A DNA stretch of 63,014 nucleotides, filler included. It is 4 parts of 4 records of this genome, joined end to end, with 100 filler letters (N's around TTAATTAATTAA, not from the genome) between each part and the next. Parts side by side here need not be neighbours in the genome. Positions count along the whole stretch, not along the records: positions 1 to 12,791 come from SRR31147125_4591; 3 more parts are not named here. One strand, given 5' to 3'. The position numbers were made by a program, and so were the translations under genes. A model generated the notes under the pieces. It ran no database searches. It was not told the DNA's origin and worked only from the letters and a program-made list of their open reading frames with translations. This document shows, in pieces, positions 1 through 9,507 of the stretch (position 1 is its first letter; each line of letters begins with the position of its first letter).

Positions 1-185
1 CATCGGGTATCCGGGCTGAGTTGAACCATGCCAAACGGCACACACGCACCGGGAAAAGTATAGCCATCACTGTCTGTACCTATGAAAGGGTCCACCCATT
101 TGGTATATTTTTCCGGTTTTGGAAATGTGTTTGCAGTAATGGTAAATAAAATAAACAACAACAGCAAATAAATCTTCTGTCTCAT
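1..185 (-). CDS. GH92 alpha-mannosidase family protein, N-terminal fragment (runs off window start)
   Basis: Manual translation: MRQKIYLLLLFILFTITANTFPKPEKYTKWVDPFIGTDSDGYTFPGACVPFGMVQLSPDTR; signal peptide followed by the VDPFIGT...TFPGAxxPFGMVQLSPDT motif typical of GH92 N-termini. Confidence 0.85.
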   Translation of the reverse strand, partial: MRQKIYLLLLFILFTITANTFPKPEKYTKWVDPFIGTDSDGYTFPGACVPFGMVQLSPDTR

Positions 186-263
186 TATTCCGTCTCCAGT
201 GTCTTGTTATTATCTCCGATCCTCATTAACAGGTCGATGTGATATTTAATTAATTTTTTCCGA

Positions 264-3101
264 CTAGTGCATTATTGATATTTCTTTTCCTGAATAGGTT
301 ACAATTCGATCCGGTTTTTCTGTGGTTTCTATTCCCGTTCCATATCCCTCCCGAACCCAGACGATATGAAACGTGCGTTTTTTTAACATGCCCGGAAAAT
401 CACCTTTACGTTCTCCAATTACCAATGTTTGCTTTTGTTCATCCCATCTAAATGGAATTGTTGCGTAAACGCCCTTTTCATAATTGTAATTATCATTTTC
501 ATCCTCATAGAGGTTAAAAGTCGCATCTGCGCCACAGTAGACTCTCAATTCAATGGGATCGGTTGCCTTTTCTGTCGAATATTGAATATTGGGACCCATA
601 GGAAGAATAGAACCGGCTTTGACATATAAAGGCATTATATCAATGGGTGTTAAAGCATCTATTGTCTGGCCTCCGTTAAGGGTTGTTCCACTCCAGAAAT
701 CGAACCACTTTGTTGTTTCGGGCAGATAAACCGGCCGTGTTTTGGTTGGTGGTACCTTTACAACCGGCTTTTGCACTCCCGAATGATTCCATGCCAATTT
801 GGTCACAGCACCACCCAGGGTCTGATAATACTCCAGTTTTATACTGTATTGTGTATGCCCTTTTAACTTAATGTTACCGACATCAATCTGAGCGCCATGG
901 TCGGTCCAGTTATCGATGACGAGCTTTTCATCTATCCAAAGACGGATACCATCGTTTGACGTGGTAAAGAACTCATATTCGCCAGATTCTTGAGTCTGAA
1001 TTTTTCCGGTCCATCGGATGCTGTAATAATGTTGCGGCACAGCATCAGGGCGGGAGCCATCATTCCAATCAAAATCAATACTTTCATCCACTCTTTTGGC
1101 CACCCGCTCATCAAAGTTGATGCCCTTGAAAAACTCAGCTGTCAAACCTCCCTGTACACCATCACGCGTAAAAAGCTGCCCGGAAGGAATAACTTCTCCA
1201 ATAAATGTAGGTTGATAATACATATGTTCTGTAACAGGATTCACCAGAAAAGCAGGCCCAAACATGTATTGGTCATCAATATCAAGGATATTTTGGTCTT
1301 CTTTGAAATCAAATGCCAGTCCGCGCATTAATGTATAATCTTCGTTGGTCACTTTCCAGGCCAGGGAATAGATATAGGGAAATAAACGATAACGTAATAC
1401 ATCGTATTTCACCAATGTGTCATAGGCCCATGTACCTGGTTCGCCAAATTGCCACACTTCTCTGGGTGTTCCGGTTCCGTGTGATCGAAAGATGGGACAA
1501 AGGGCACCGAATTGAAACCAGCGTACATACAATTCCCGATAAGCCTCATCCTTACAGCCCAGAGGATTGTTAGGGATAAAAGCGCCAATATCTGTGGTCC
1601 AGTAAGGTATCCCAGTCATACAGAAATTGAGTCCGGCGGAAATTTGTTTACGAAAGACATCCCATGTTGCTACAATATCTCCGGACCAGGTGACACCAGC
1701 ATAACGTTGCTGACCGGCATATGCGGAACGAGTGAGGATAAAAACACGTTTATCAGAGGTCGCATTGCGCTGTGCCTCATAGACCCCTTTTGTGGACATG
1801 AGGGAATAGGCGTTAAGATAACGAGCCCAACTGCCCATGGCAGTATAGCCATATTTTTTGGCTTTATCGGACACCTCTTCTTTTACATCACCAAATTCCG
1901 GTTCGGTGGCATCCATCCACCAGGCATCCACGCCTCGGGAAAAAAGTCCCTTGTTTACATAATACCAGTAAATATCCCGTGCCTTTTCACTAAAGGCATC
2001 GTACACATACCCTTCCTGTTCACCATCTGTGTGAAATACATGCCCATGGGAATCCATTTCCTTATATATCGCTGATTTCGGATCAAACCGTGGCCAGATA
2101 GATATCATATAATGAACGTTAAGCCCATGAATGGTTTTTATCATTTCCGTCGGATCCGGGAACTTTTTGCGATCAAAATCCATGGCGCTCCAGCCAAGAT
2201 CGCCCCAGTACATCCAGTCCTGGACAATGTTATCCAGAGGGATTTGTCTTTTTCGATATTCCTTTACAACACCAATGATCTCATCCTGAGTGTTATAGCG
2301 TTCCTTACACTGCCAATATCCATAAGCCCATTTACCAAACAGAGGCGCTTTGCCCGTCATTGTTCGGTATCCGGCAATCACATCATCCAGCTGTGATCCT
2401 GCTATAAAATAATAATCGATGACATCTGCCACTTCTGACCACAAAAAGGTGCCATCAGTCCCGTCATGAAATTTTGTTTGTGAGTAATTATCCCATAGGA
2501 TACCGTATCCGTTGGTTGAGACAAGAAAAGGAACAGAAGCGTTTGTGTTTGTCTGGACCAGGAGCACGTCGTGACTGCGATAATTCATAAAACCATCCTG
2601 ATGTTGGCCCAATCCATACAGGGCTTCATTTTCAGTGAGCACAAATTGCTGCTTTATGTGCCAAACGTCTTCACCCATAACACTCGCTGAAGTAAAAACC
2701 TTGCCACCGATTTCCGGTTCTTTAAGTAAAAGCTGATTAGTCGGATTATAAAAAGCGACAGCTCCAGTCACCCTGTTGACCCGGACATCAAGTCGCCTGG
2801 TAACCAGCGTCACTTCATCCGCCGTTTCCTTCACATCCCAATCGACTATCGGCCAGCTCTCCTTTTGGATCATAAGACTTTTCCGTGTTGGCAGGGACTC
2901 ATCGGGTGAATAAAAAACACGGATAATATTTTCCTGACACACCTGCAGTTTTAATGTTCCGGGTTGTAGGTGGACTAAAAGTCCATCGGATTCTTGCTCA
3001 TAAATCAACGATTTTTTATTTTGACAATAGCCTGACATGTTTGCCAAACCTATGAAAAATAAACCAATAAAAATAACCAAACCACTTATTATCTTGTTCA
3101 A
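264..3101 (-). CDS. GH31 glycoside hydrolase (alpha-xylosidase-like), secreted, with PA14 insertion and DUF5110-like C-terminus
   Basis: WWMDATEPE nucleophile motif, WSGDI acid/base motif, YWTTDIGAF, FRSHG; PA14-like segment (IDFDWNDG..YSIRWTG..SNDGIRLWID); N-terminal signal peptide. Confidence 0.92.
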   Translation of the reverse strand: MNKIISGLVIFIGLFFIGLANMSGYCQNKKSLIYEQESDGLLVHLQPGTLKLQVCQENIIRVFYSPDESLPTRKSLMIQKESWPIVDWDVKETADEVTLVTRRLDVRVNRVTGAVAFYNPTNQLLLKEPEIGGKVFTSASVMGEDVWHIKQQFVLTENEALYGLGQHQDGFMNYRSHDVLLVQTNTNASVPFLVSTNGYGILWDNYSQTKFHDGTDGTFLWSEVADVIDYYFIAGSQLDDVIAGYRTMTGKAPLFGKWAYGYWQCKERYNTQDEIIGVVKEYRKRQIPLDNIVQDWMYWGDLGWSAMDFDRKKFPDPTEMIKTIHGLNVHYMISIWPRFDPKSAIYKEMDSHGHVFHTDGEQEGYVYDAFSEKARDIYWYYVNKGLFSRGVDAWWMDATEPEFGDVKEEVSDKAKKYGYTAMGSWARYLNAYSLMSTKGVYEAQRNATSDKRVFILTRSAYAGQQRYAGVTWSGDIVATWDVFRKQISAGLNFCMTGIPYWTTDIGAFIPNNPLGCKDEAYRELYVRWFQFGALCPIFRSHGTGTPREVWQFGEPGTWAYDTLVKYDVLRYRLFPYIYSLAWKVTNEDYTLMRGLAFDFKEDQNILDIDDQYMFGPAFLVNPVTEHMYYQPTFIGEVIPSGQLFTRDGVQGGLTAEFFKGINFDERVAKRVDESIDFDWNDGSRPDAVPQHYYSIRWTGKIQTQESGEYEFFTTSNDGIRLWIDEKLVIDNWTDHGAQIDVGNIKLKGHTQYSIKLEYYQTLGGAVTKLAWNHSGVQKPVVKVPPTKTRPVYLPETTKWFDFWSGTTLNGGQTIDALTPIDIMPLYVKAGSILPMGPNIQYSTEKATDPIELRVYCGADATFNLYEDENDNYNYEKGVYATIPFRWDEQKQTLVIGERKGDFPGMLKKRTFHIVWVREGYGTGIETTEKPDRIVTYSGKEISIMH

Positions 3102-3273
3102 TTCTCATCTCCTCCACTGGATTATTTGAATGTGGGATGTATTTGAAATTGAAATGCAAAACGGGATATACCAGATTTGACTGAATGATGTTTTTCTGAA
3201 AAAATGCGAGACTCAAAGCAGGGGTTTGCTTTGGGAAACAAAGTTTTAATATACTCTTTTCATCGAAAAAACA

Positions 3274-4173
3274 TTACTTTTTATGTATTGTTTCACCGGC
3301 ACGTTTCTTTGCTGTTTTCATTTCCTCCGGCATGTCCTCCTTGGAAACAACGTGCCATGTGATGTTAAAATTATGAACCAAACGGGCCAGTTCTTCCCAC
3401 AGATCACGGTGACTGACCGGTTTTCCATCCTGAGTGTTCCAGTTCCGTGCTTTCCATTTCCTTGTCCAGGAAGTAGCACCGTCCTTCAGGTAACTGGAGG
3501 TGGTATAGAGGTGAATGGGCATTGTTTTTTTTATGGCTTTTAAACCTTCAATAGCAGATTGAATGTGCATACGGTTACTGGATGTGTTTTTAATTCCCTG
3601 GCTTAACTCTTTCAGGTTATCCTGGTGGCGAAGCAAAACAGCCCAGCCTCCGCATTGTTCCTTGCCAGAGAAAGAAGCAGCTGTAAAAACATGGATAGCC
3701 TGCTCATCATCCAGAGGCAATGTTTTTTTAGGGATAACCGAACCAGCTAAAAAATCGGCTCGCTCGTTCCATTCATCGCCCGCATGTCCTTTGGTCCAAT
3801 GCCATGATATCTCGTGGCGATTCAGCTGTTCTGCCAAAGCCTGCCATAGATCCTGATTCTTGACATCGGTTTTACCATTGGTTTGCCAGTTACGTTTTTG
3901 CCAGAGCGGTAACCACTCTGTTATCCCTTTACGCAGATAATTTGAATCAGTATAGAGATCAATTCGTTGGGATTCAGTGAAATATTTCTGAGCCTCCAGA
4001 GCGGCGCGTAGTTCCATACGATTATTGGTCGTATCTGGCTCACCGCCGACCAGTTCTTTGGGATCCTGGCCGGGTATTAAAATAATGGCTGCCCAGCCAC
4101 CCGGACCCGGATTCGGACTGCAGGATCCATCGGTGTAAATAGTAATGGGTTCCTGATTTTTGATATTCATCAC
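3274..4173 (-). CDS. rnhA: Ribonuclease HI with tandem duplicated RNase H domain (C-terminal copy degenerate)
   Basis: Domain 1: YTDGSCSPNPGPGGW, TTNNRMELRA, YTDSNY, KGHAG..NERADFLA; domain 2 repeats the pattern (FTAASFSG..GGWAV, SSNRMHIQSAIEGL, YTTSSYL, W..RNW...GKPVSHRDLW). Confidence 0.9.
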   Translation of the reverse strand: MMNIKNQEPITIYTDGSCSPNPGPGGWAAIILIPGQDPKELVGGEPDTTNNRMELRAALEAQKYFTESQRIDLYTDSNYLRKGITEWLPLWQKRNWQTNGKTDVKNQDLWQALAEQLNRHEISWHWTKGHAGDEWNERADFLAGSVIPKKTLPLDDEQAIHVFTAASFSGKEQCGGWAVLLRHQDNLKELSQGIKNTSSNRMHIQSAIEGLKAIKKTMPIHLYTTSSYLKDGATSWTRKWKARNWNTQDGKPVSHRDLWEELARLVHNFNITWHVVSKEDMPEEMKTAKKRAGETIHKK

Positions 4174-4472
4174 GAGAATTCCTTCGTCATAACTTTTAAA
4201 AATAGGTTGTTAACATTATACACGATCTAATATTGTGATCTTGATTCTAAATTATGCAGACTTTTCCAAACTGCGAACTAGAGTGAATAACCACAGACCC
4301 GTATATCAGAGTTTTAAGCATCCAGCTGTATCAGCACTTTTTTTAGCATGACTTAAAATGGCCGGTATGCCAGTTACGATGAATTTTTCGATAGTCATTC
4401 TTGTTAGTAAGCGCAAAGCAGGTTCTTCAATAGTCAAATCAGCAAGGGCATGCATAAAAAGGTTGTAAGGAT

Positions 4473-4499
4473 ATGACTTTTATTTATAATATAAGTCAT
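4473..4499. promoter_or_regulatory. Imperfect palindrome in rnhA / histidine kinase divergent intergenic region
   Basis: ATGACTTTTATT-TAT-AATATAAGTCAT, 12-bp arms with one mismatch. Confidence 0.3.
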
Positions 4500-4844
4500 T
4501 AATATATGAATAACAACTGATCGTTCCCTAAAAGTTACACTAAAATGTGGAAATATTTGTGCAAGATGCGATTTGATTTTACGCAAATAGAAAAATCATA
4601 TTTCGTTAATAAATTACTACTTGACTATAAATGATCCGGGGTCCCAGTCCTCTGTTAATCTTTTCTGAAAATAAAATTAATGATATTGGCGATCTCTTTT
4701 GTACATTCCGGTTAAAATGATATCACAAAAATAGCAGGGATGTTTTCAAGTCAAAATTGTGTTTCATCTGTTGACAAAGAAGTTAATATGGATTCCAGCT
4801 CATATGCATAATTATACCGACTCATAAGGTGTTTTGAGGTAAAA

Positions 4845-6788
4845 ATGAAAACCAGGCATAAAGAACTTGAAGAAAAACTGCACATTAGCAAAAATAACAG
4901 CCCTGAAAAAGTGGATACATTAAACAAACTTGTTTGGGAGCTCTGGATAATAGATCAGGACCGTGCGACCAAACTGAGCCGTGATGCCCTGACAATGGCA
5001 GAACAGATTCAATACCCAAAAGGAATCGCGGATGCAAAACGAAATATAGGAATTGCCTGTGCCGCTAATTCAGATGTGGAAAAAGGTTTAAAGCTCCTTC
5101 ATGAAGCATTGGAATGGTATGAAGATAATAAGGTCATCAGTGGAGAAGCCGGAGCGAAGACAGGCCTGGCAAACATGTATTGGGGATTGGGAGATTTCCA
5201 ACGCGGATTTGATCAAATACATTCAGCAATCAAACTATACAAGCACATTGATGACTATGAGGGTCAGGCTATCGCTTATCAGACTCTGGGTAACTTTTAT
5301 TATGACTGGAAAAATTATAAACAATCTCTCGATTGTTTTGAAAAATCATTTACTTTATTTAAAAAACAAGACATCTCATGGGGTGAGGCGCGCGCCTTGA
5401 ATGGCATTGGCAATGTATACCATTATTTGGGTGAATGTCAAAAAGCTCTGGATTACCAGGATAAAAGCCTGAGAATACATAAACATAATGAGAACAAGTA
5501 TGGTGAATCCAGGACGTTAAATGATATTGGTCTCATTTATTCAAGCAAAAATCAATATGAAAAAGCACTGAAATACCATCAAAAAAGTCTGGATATAAGG
5601 CAATTATTGAATTATCCACAGGGCGAGACAACGTGTTTGCTGGATATCGGGACTATATATATGAAACAGAAAAAATATGATCTGGCTCTGGATGTTATTC
5701 ATAAGGCGTTGACTTTATCACAAAAGATGAAAGCGAAAGTAAAGACGTTTCATGCTTACAAAGCCCTGTCATGGGTTTATAAAGAGCTTGGGCAATTTGA
5801 AAAAGCCCTGGAATACCATGAGAAATACCATGCACTGGATGAGGAAGTCTTTCATGAAGATAGCGAAGAAAAATTCGAAAACATAAAAATCGCCTTTGAA
5901 ATGGAGGCATCTAAAAAAGAAGCAGAAATTTATCGGCTTAAAAATGTGGAATTAAAAGAAAAGAATGGACAGTTGGAACAAACAATCAAAAAGTTAAATG
6001 CCACTCAGGCTCAACTGGTGCAGAGTGGTAAAATGGTAGCATTGGGAAACCTGGTTTCCGGGATTACTCATGAAATCAATACACCAGTAGGATCTATCAA
6101 AAGCACTGCTGATACAATCAATCGCATAAGTGGTAAACTAACACAAATCATACAAAGGAATGGCAATACAACCATTCAGAATAACAATGAGTTGGAAAAC
6201 TTGCTCGATATGCTGAATAATAACGCTCAAAACACCATTACTGCATCAAATCGTATCACAAAAATGATAGCAAGCTTGAAAAATTTCACCAGGCTGGATC
6301 AGGCCAAATTTCAAAAAGTAGATTTACACGAAGGTCTGGACAGTACGTTAACATTACTGAATCACGATATGAAAGATCGGATCAAAGTCTTAAAAAACTA
6401 TGGCGAGATTCCAACTATATATTGTTATCCGGATGAATTAAATCAGGTATTTATGAATCTTTTCATAAATGCCATAGAAGCCGTCAATGGCCCCGGTATC
6501 ATTAAAATCACAACGCGCAGGAATAAAAATCACATTCATATCAGCGTAACAGATACTGGTAAGGGTATACCTGCTGATAAAATACAACACCTTTTTGAGC
6601 CTGGTTTTACTGAGCGAAAGAATCGCGTGAGGATGAGAACAGGACTCTATACGACGTATAATATCGTGCAAAAGCACATGGGAAATATTCATGTTGAGAG
6701 CACAGTCGGAGAAGGAACTACGTTTAATATCTCTTTACCCACCAATCTGGATAAAGAATTAGCATACAAACAGAATTTTGCCATATAG
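4845..6788 (+). CDS. Cytoplasmic TPR-repeat sensor histidine kinase
   Basis: Multiple TPRs (ARALNGIGNVY, SRTLNDIGLIY), coiled coil, H-box GITHEINTP, N-box ELNQVFMNLFINA, G1 DTGKGI, VESTVGEGTTF; no TM helix. Confidence 0.9.
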   Translation: MKTRHKELEEKLHISKNNSPEKVDTLNKLVWELWIIDQDRATKLSRDALTMAEQIQYPKGIADAKRNIGIACAANSDVEKGLKLLHEALEWYEDNKVISGEAGAKTGLANMYWGLGDFQRGFDQIHSAIKLYKHIDDYEGQAIAYQTLGNFYYDWKNYKQSLDCFEKSFTLFKKQDISWGEARALNGIGNVYHYLGECQKALDYQDKSLRIHKHNENKYGESRTLNDIGLIYSSKNQYEKALKYHQKSLDIRQLLNYPQGETTCLLDIGTIYMKQKKYDLALDVIHKALTLSQKMKAKVKTFHAYKALSWVYKELGQFEKALEYHEKYHALDEEVFHEDSEEKFENIKIAFEMEASKKEAEIYRLKNVELKEKNGQLEQTIKKLNATQAQLVQSGKMVALGNLVSGITHEINTPVGSIKSTADTINRISGKLTQIIQRNGNTTIQNNNELENLLDMLNNNAQNTITASNRITKMIASLKNFTRLDQAKFQKVDLHEGLDSTLTLLNHDMKDRIKVLKNYGEIPTIYCYPDELNQVFMNLFINAIEAVNGPGIIKITTRRNKNHIHISVTDTGKGIPADKIQHLFEPGFTERKNRVRMRTGLYTTYNIVQKHMGNIHVESTVGEGTTFNISLPTNLDKELAYKQNFAI

Positions 6789-6864
6789 ATTTTTATGAAC
6801 ACACTATTTTTTTTGATATTATTGGAGTATAGACCTTTACTTTATTTACATTATAACCACATCA

Positions 6865-7215
6865 TTATTTCAGTGTAACAAATACAGATCTACGCTTTTT
6901 GCCATCGATACATCGGGATCTATGCCCCTTTCCGGTTGTATCTTCTGCAAGCAATATATCGCCTGAATAAAACTGACGCCTGTCGCCATCACTCACTTCT
7001 ATCTCTACAGCTCCATCCAGCATGAGGATGTATTGTGCTTGCGGAGCATTGTGCCAATCATAATCGTATTCCGGTTCTGTCTGCCGAAAGATGATATTTT
7101 TAACAGGTATGGCCTCCGAAAGATGGCCAATCTCACCAGCATCCTTCAGAGTAATATCAATATCCTCAAAATGAGAATCCCCGTTTTTATCGACATAAAT
7201 GCGAGTGATTATCAT
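6865..7215 (-). CDS. Cupin-domain protein
   Basis: WHNAP..QY...LDG.VE.EVSDG..R.F..GDILLAEDTTGKGH.S motif. Confidence 0.8.
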   Translation of the reverse strand: MIITRIYVDKNGDSHFEDIDITLKDAGEIGHLSEAIPVKNIIFRQTEPEYDYDWHNAPQAQYILMLDGAVEIEVSDGDRRQFYSGDILLAEDTTGKGHRSRCIDGKKRRSVFVTLK

Positions 7216-7491
7216 GATGTCCCCTCTCCTTTACGTAACTTTAGGTATTGTTTTAACTATAATTGATTTAACATTATTCTTGGTGGCTGATTTTGTAGAG
7301 AAATCTTCATTATGAATATAAGGAAATTATTGTTTTGAATCAAAAATGCTAAACATAAGCATTAATAATATAATTTACAAAAGGTTAGCAACGGCAACAG
7401 TTCCAAGGAAATAATTTTAGTTGAAGAAAATGCGGATGGTTGAAGCGATAAAATATGGTTTAATCCAATAAAACTAACCATTCTAAAAATA

Positions 7492-7530
7492 AAACGTGAC
7501 AAAGATCATGTTCCGATCATTGTCACGTTT
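7492..7530 (-). terminator. Probable intrinsic terminator downstream of msrA
   Basis: AAACGTGACAA-AGATC...GATC-ATTGTCACGTTT hairpin followed by T-rich run on minus strand. Confidence 0.55.
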
Positions 7531-7558
7531 AGTTAATAATTTACCATTGAATTAATAC

Positions 7559-8158
7559 TTATTTTAAATCAACATGGCAGGAACTCATGCCTCGTTTTTC
7601 CAGATATTGTTGGTGATAGTCCTCAGCCAGGTAAAATTCCGCTGCAGGTGTAATTTCTGTGACAATATCGTTTTTATATTTACCGGAATTACGCAGTAAA
7701 TCCAGTGAAGCCAATGCTGCCACTTTTTGCTCTTCATTGTGATAAAAAATAGCAGATCTATATTGTGTTCCCACATCCGGGCCTTGTCGATTTAGTGTGG
7801 TAGGGTTATGGTTTTCCCAAAATACCTGCAAAAGTTGTTCATAGGAAACCTCTGCCGGATCATAATTTACCTGTACAACTTCAGCATGACCTGTCTGATC
7901 CGTACACACATCACGATAAGTGGGATTTTTTGTATTCCCGCCCTCGTAACCAACGGCTGTTTCTTTCACTCCCTTTACCTGTCGAAAAGCAGCTTCAACA
8001 CCCCAAAAACATCCTGCTGCGAATGTGGCTTTTGACATTTTTTGATCTCCTTTGATGTGTTCCTCTGTATATACTATTTTTGTACCGCTAAACAGTGCAA
8101 ATCCAATAACACCCAGAAATATTAAAGGTACAAAATTTTTAATATATTTTACATCCAT
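7559..8158 (-). CDS. msrA: Peptide-methionine (S)-S-oxide reductase, with possible N-terminal signal/TM extension
   Basis: GCFWG catalytic motif, [27 protein letters not shown]; alternative start at 8038. Confidence 0.95.
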   Translation of the reverse strand: MDVKYIKNFVPLIFLGVIGFALFSGTKIVYTEEHIKGDQKMSKATFAAGCFWGVEAAFRQVKGVKETAVGYEGGNTKNPTYRDVCTDQTGHAEVVQVNYDPAEVSYEQLLQVFWENHNPTTLNRQGPDVGTQYRSAIFYHNEEQKVAALASLDLLRNSGKYKNDIVTEITPAAEFYLAEDYHQQYLEKRGMSSCHVDLK

Positions 8159-8211
8159 AATTTACAGACTCCAGAATTGATTCTTATTTAAAACCTTTAT
8201 CAACAAAATAA

Positions 8212-8967
8212 TTAATGAGTTATTGGTTGTAAACCTAAAAAAATCTGATTCGAATAGGCAATAATAACAGCACCAAGAACATCCAGACTGATGTTGTGAG
8301 AAGCCGATATTTTTTCCAGATTTTCAATTGTGAACATTTTAATTATCAATCGTAAAGCCTCTTCGGGTACGGTATTTTTGTCCTTTAGATAAATTTCATC
8401 TATGGCTAATTTTAGTTTAACCTCACTAACCAGTAAAGTATTTCCTTTTTCTTTTAATCTCCCACCAGATTCGATACTCACATACCCAAGATCATTGGAC
8501 TTTAATAATCCTAATAAGCGGATATCTGCTTCTATCCTCTCGAATCTCTCATTTATACTGCTGAATTTTGCATCAATCATCTCGAATCTCTCATTAATAC
8601 TGCTGAATTTTGTATTTATCATCTCGAATTTCTCATTCATGCTGTTTCTGAAATTTATTTCAAAGCTTTCCAATCTTTTGTCCAAATAGATTCTGTTTTC
8701 TTTAAGCACAGATGTAAATTCTTTTCTAATGATTTCCGTTTGACTTTCAATTTTACTGTCAAAATGTAAAAATACGGTTATAAAGGCTGTTATTCCGCAA
8801 ATAACAAGTGGTGTGAATACGGCTATAAAATTTTTCCATGTCACATATTGATTTGATTTGTCAGATGATTTTCTGTCAGGCATGTGCCCCCCCTTATTTT
8901 TGAAAAAATCGTTAAACGTAAACGTTGAAAGCGTGCTTTCCTTTTGTTTTAAATACACGTCTTGCAT
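8212..8967 (-). CDS. Hypothetical single-TM protein with repetitive coiled coil
   Basis: Strong RBS AAAGGAGG before ATG at 8967; TM segment FIAVFTPLVICGITAFITVFL; 14-aa repeats FEMIxxKFSSINER. Confidence 0.65.
   Translation of the reverse strand: MQDVYLKQKESTLSTFTFNDFFKNKGGHMPDRKSSDKSNQYVTWKNFIAVFTPLVICGITAFITVFLHFDSKIESQTEIIRKEFTSVLKENRIYLDKRLESFEINFRNSMNEKFEMINTKFSSINERFEMIDAKFSSINERFERIEADIRLLGLLKSNDLGYVSIESGGRLKEKGNTLLVSEVKLKLAIDEIYLKDKNTVPEEALRLIIKMFTIENLEKISASHNISLDVLGAVIIAYSNQIFLGLQPITH
8539..8640. repeat. 42-bp tandem repeat (about 2.4 copies) inside coding sequence
   Basis: Units start at 8539, 8581, 8623 (CTCGAATCTCTCATT.ATACTGCTGAATTTTG...). Confidence 0.85.
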
Positions 8968-9507
8968 GATTAAATCCTCCTTTGCTAAAGACATGCATTT
9001 TTTAATAAATAAACTCCTTTTGCACCCCACACGCGATATAACAACCTATTGTCTTTTAAAATAAAAGAATAATATTCTAGATGAACAATTTTCCACACAT
9101 ATGCACAATTCAATTTTACTTAGGCGACTATAGAAAATCTGATTACCAATGTTTCATGTCATGTAAGAGTGAAGAATTATTCTCTGGTTAACTGCCAAGA
9201 AACCTGTCAATGATTAATGAAGCATATCACACAAATGTTTCCATGATTTGTGCTCTTTATTCCCCATCCATCAATTATCATGTTATTTTAATTTACCCTT
9301 AGCGTAATCCCCGGTTTTCTTGTCGACCTTTTAGCACATTCAATACATTATTATTCTCTTGTGCAAAACACACAGAACAGAATCAATCATTTGTAAACAT
9401 ATCTATAAACTTTAACCACTTTACTTAAATTAAAATTTCAAAATAACATTTCAGCAGAATTCGATTTGTCAATTATTTCATTGCCTGTTTGATTATGCAT
9501 GTAGAAC

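Noticed and set aside
429-2396. Numerous short ORFs antisense to or nested in long genes across the window
   Set aside because: Shadow ORFs of well-supported coding sequences with no independent motif or RBS support.
4174-4844. Hidden genes in long intergenic stretches of contig 1 (also 9031-9507 and 11584-12204)
   Set aside because: The frames I translated gave only short ORFs of about 50 aa or less, without RBS or recognisable motifs.
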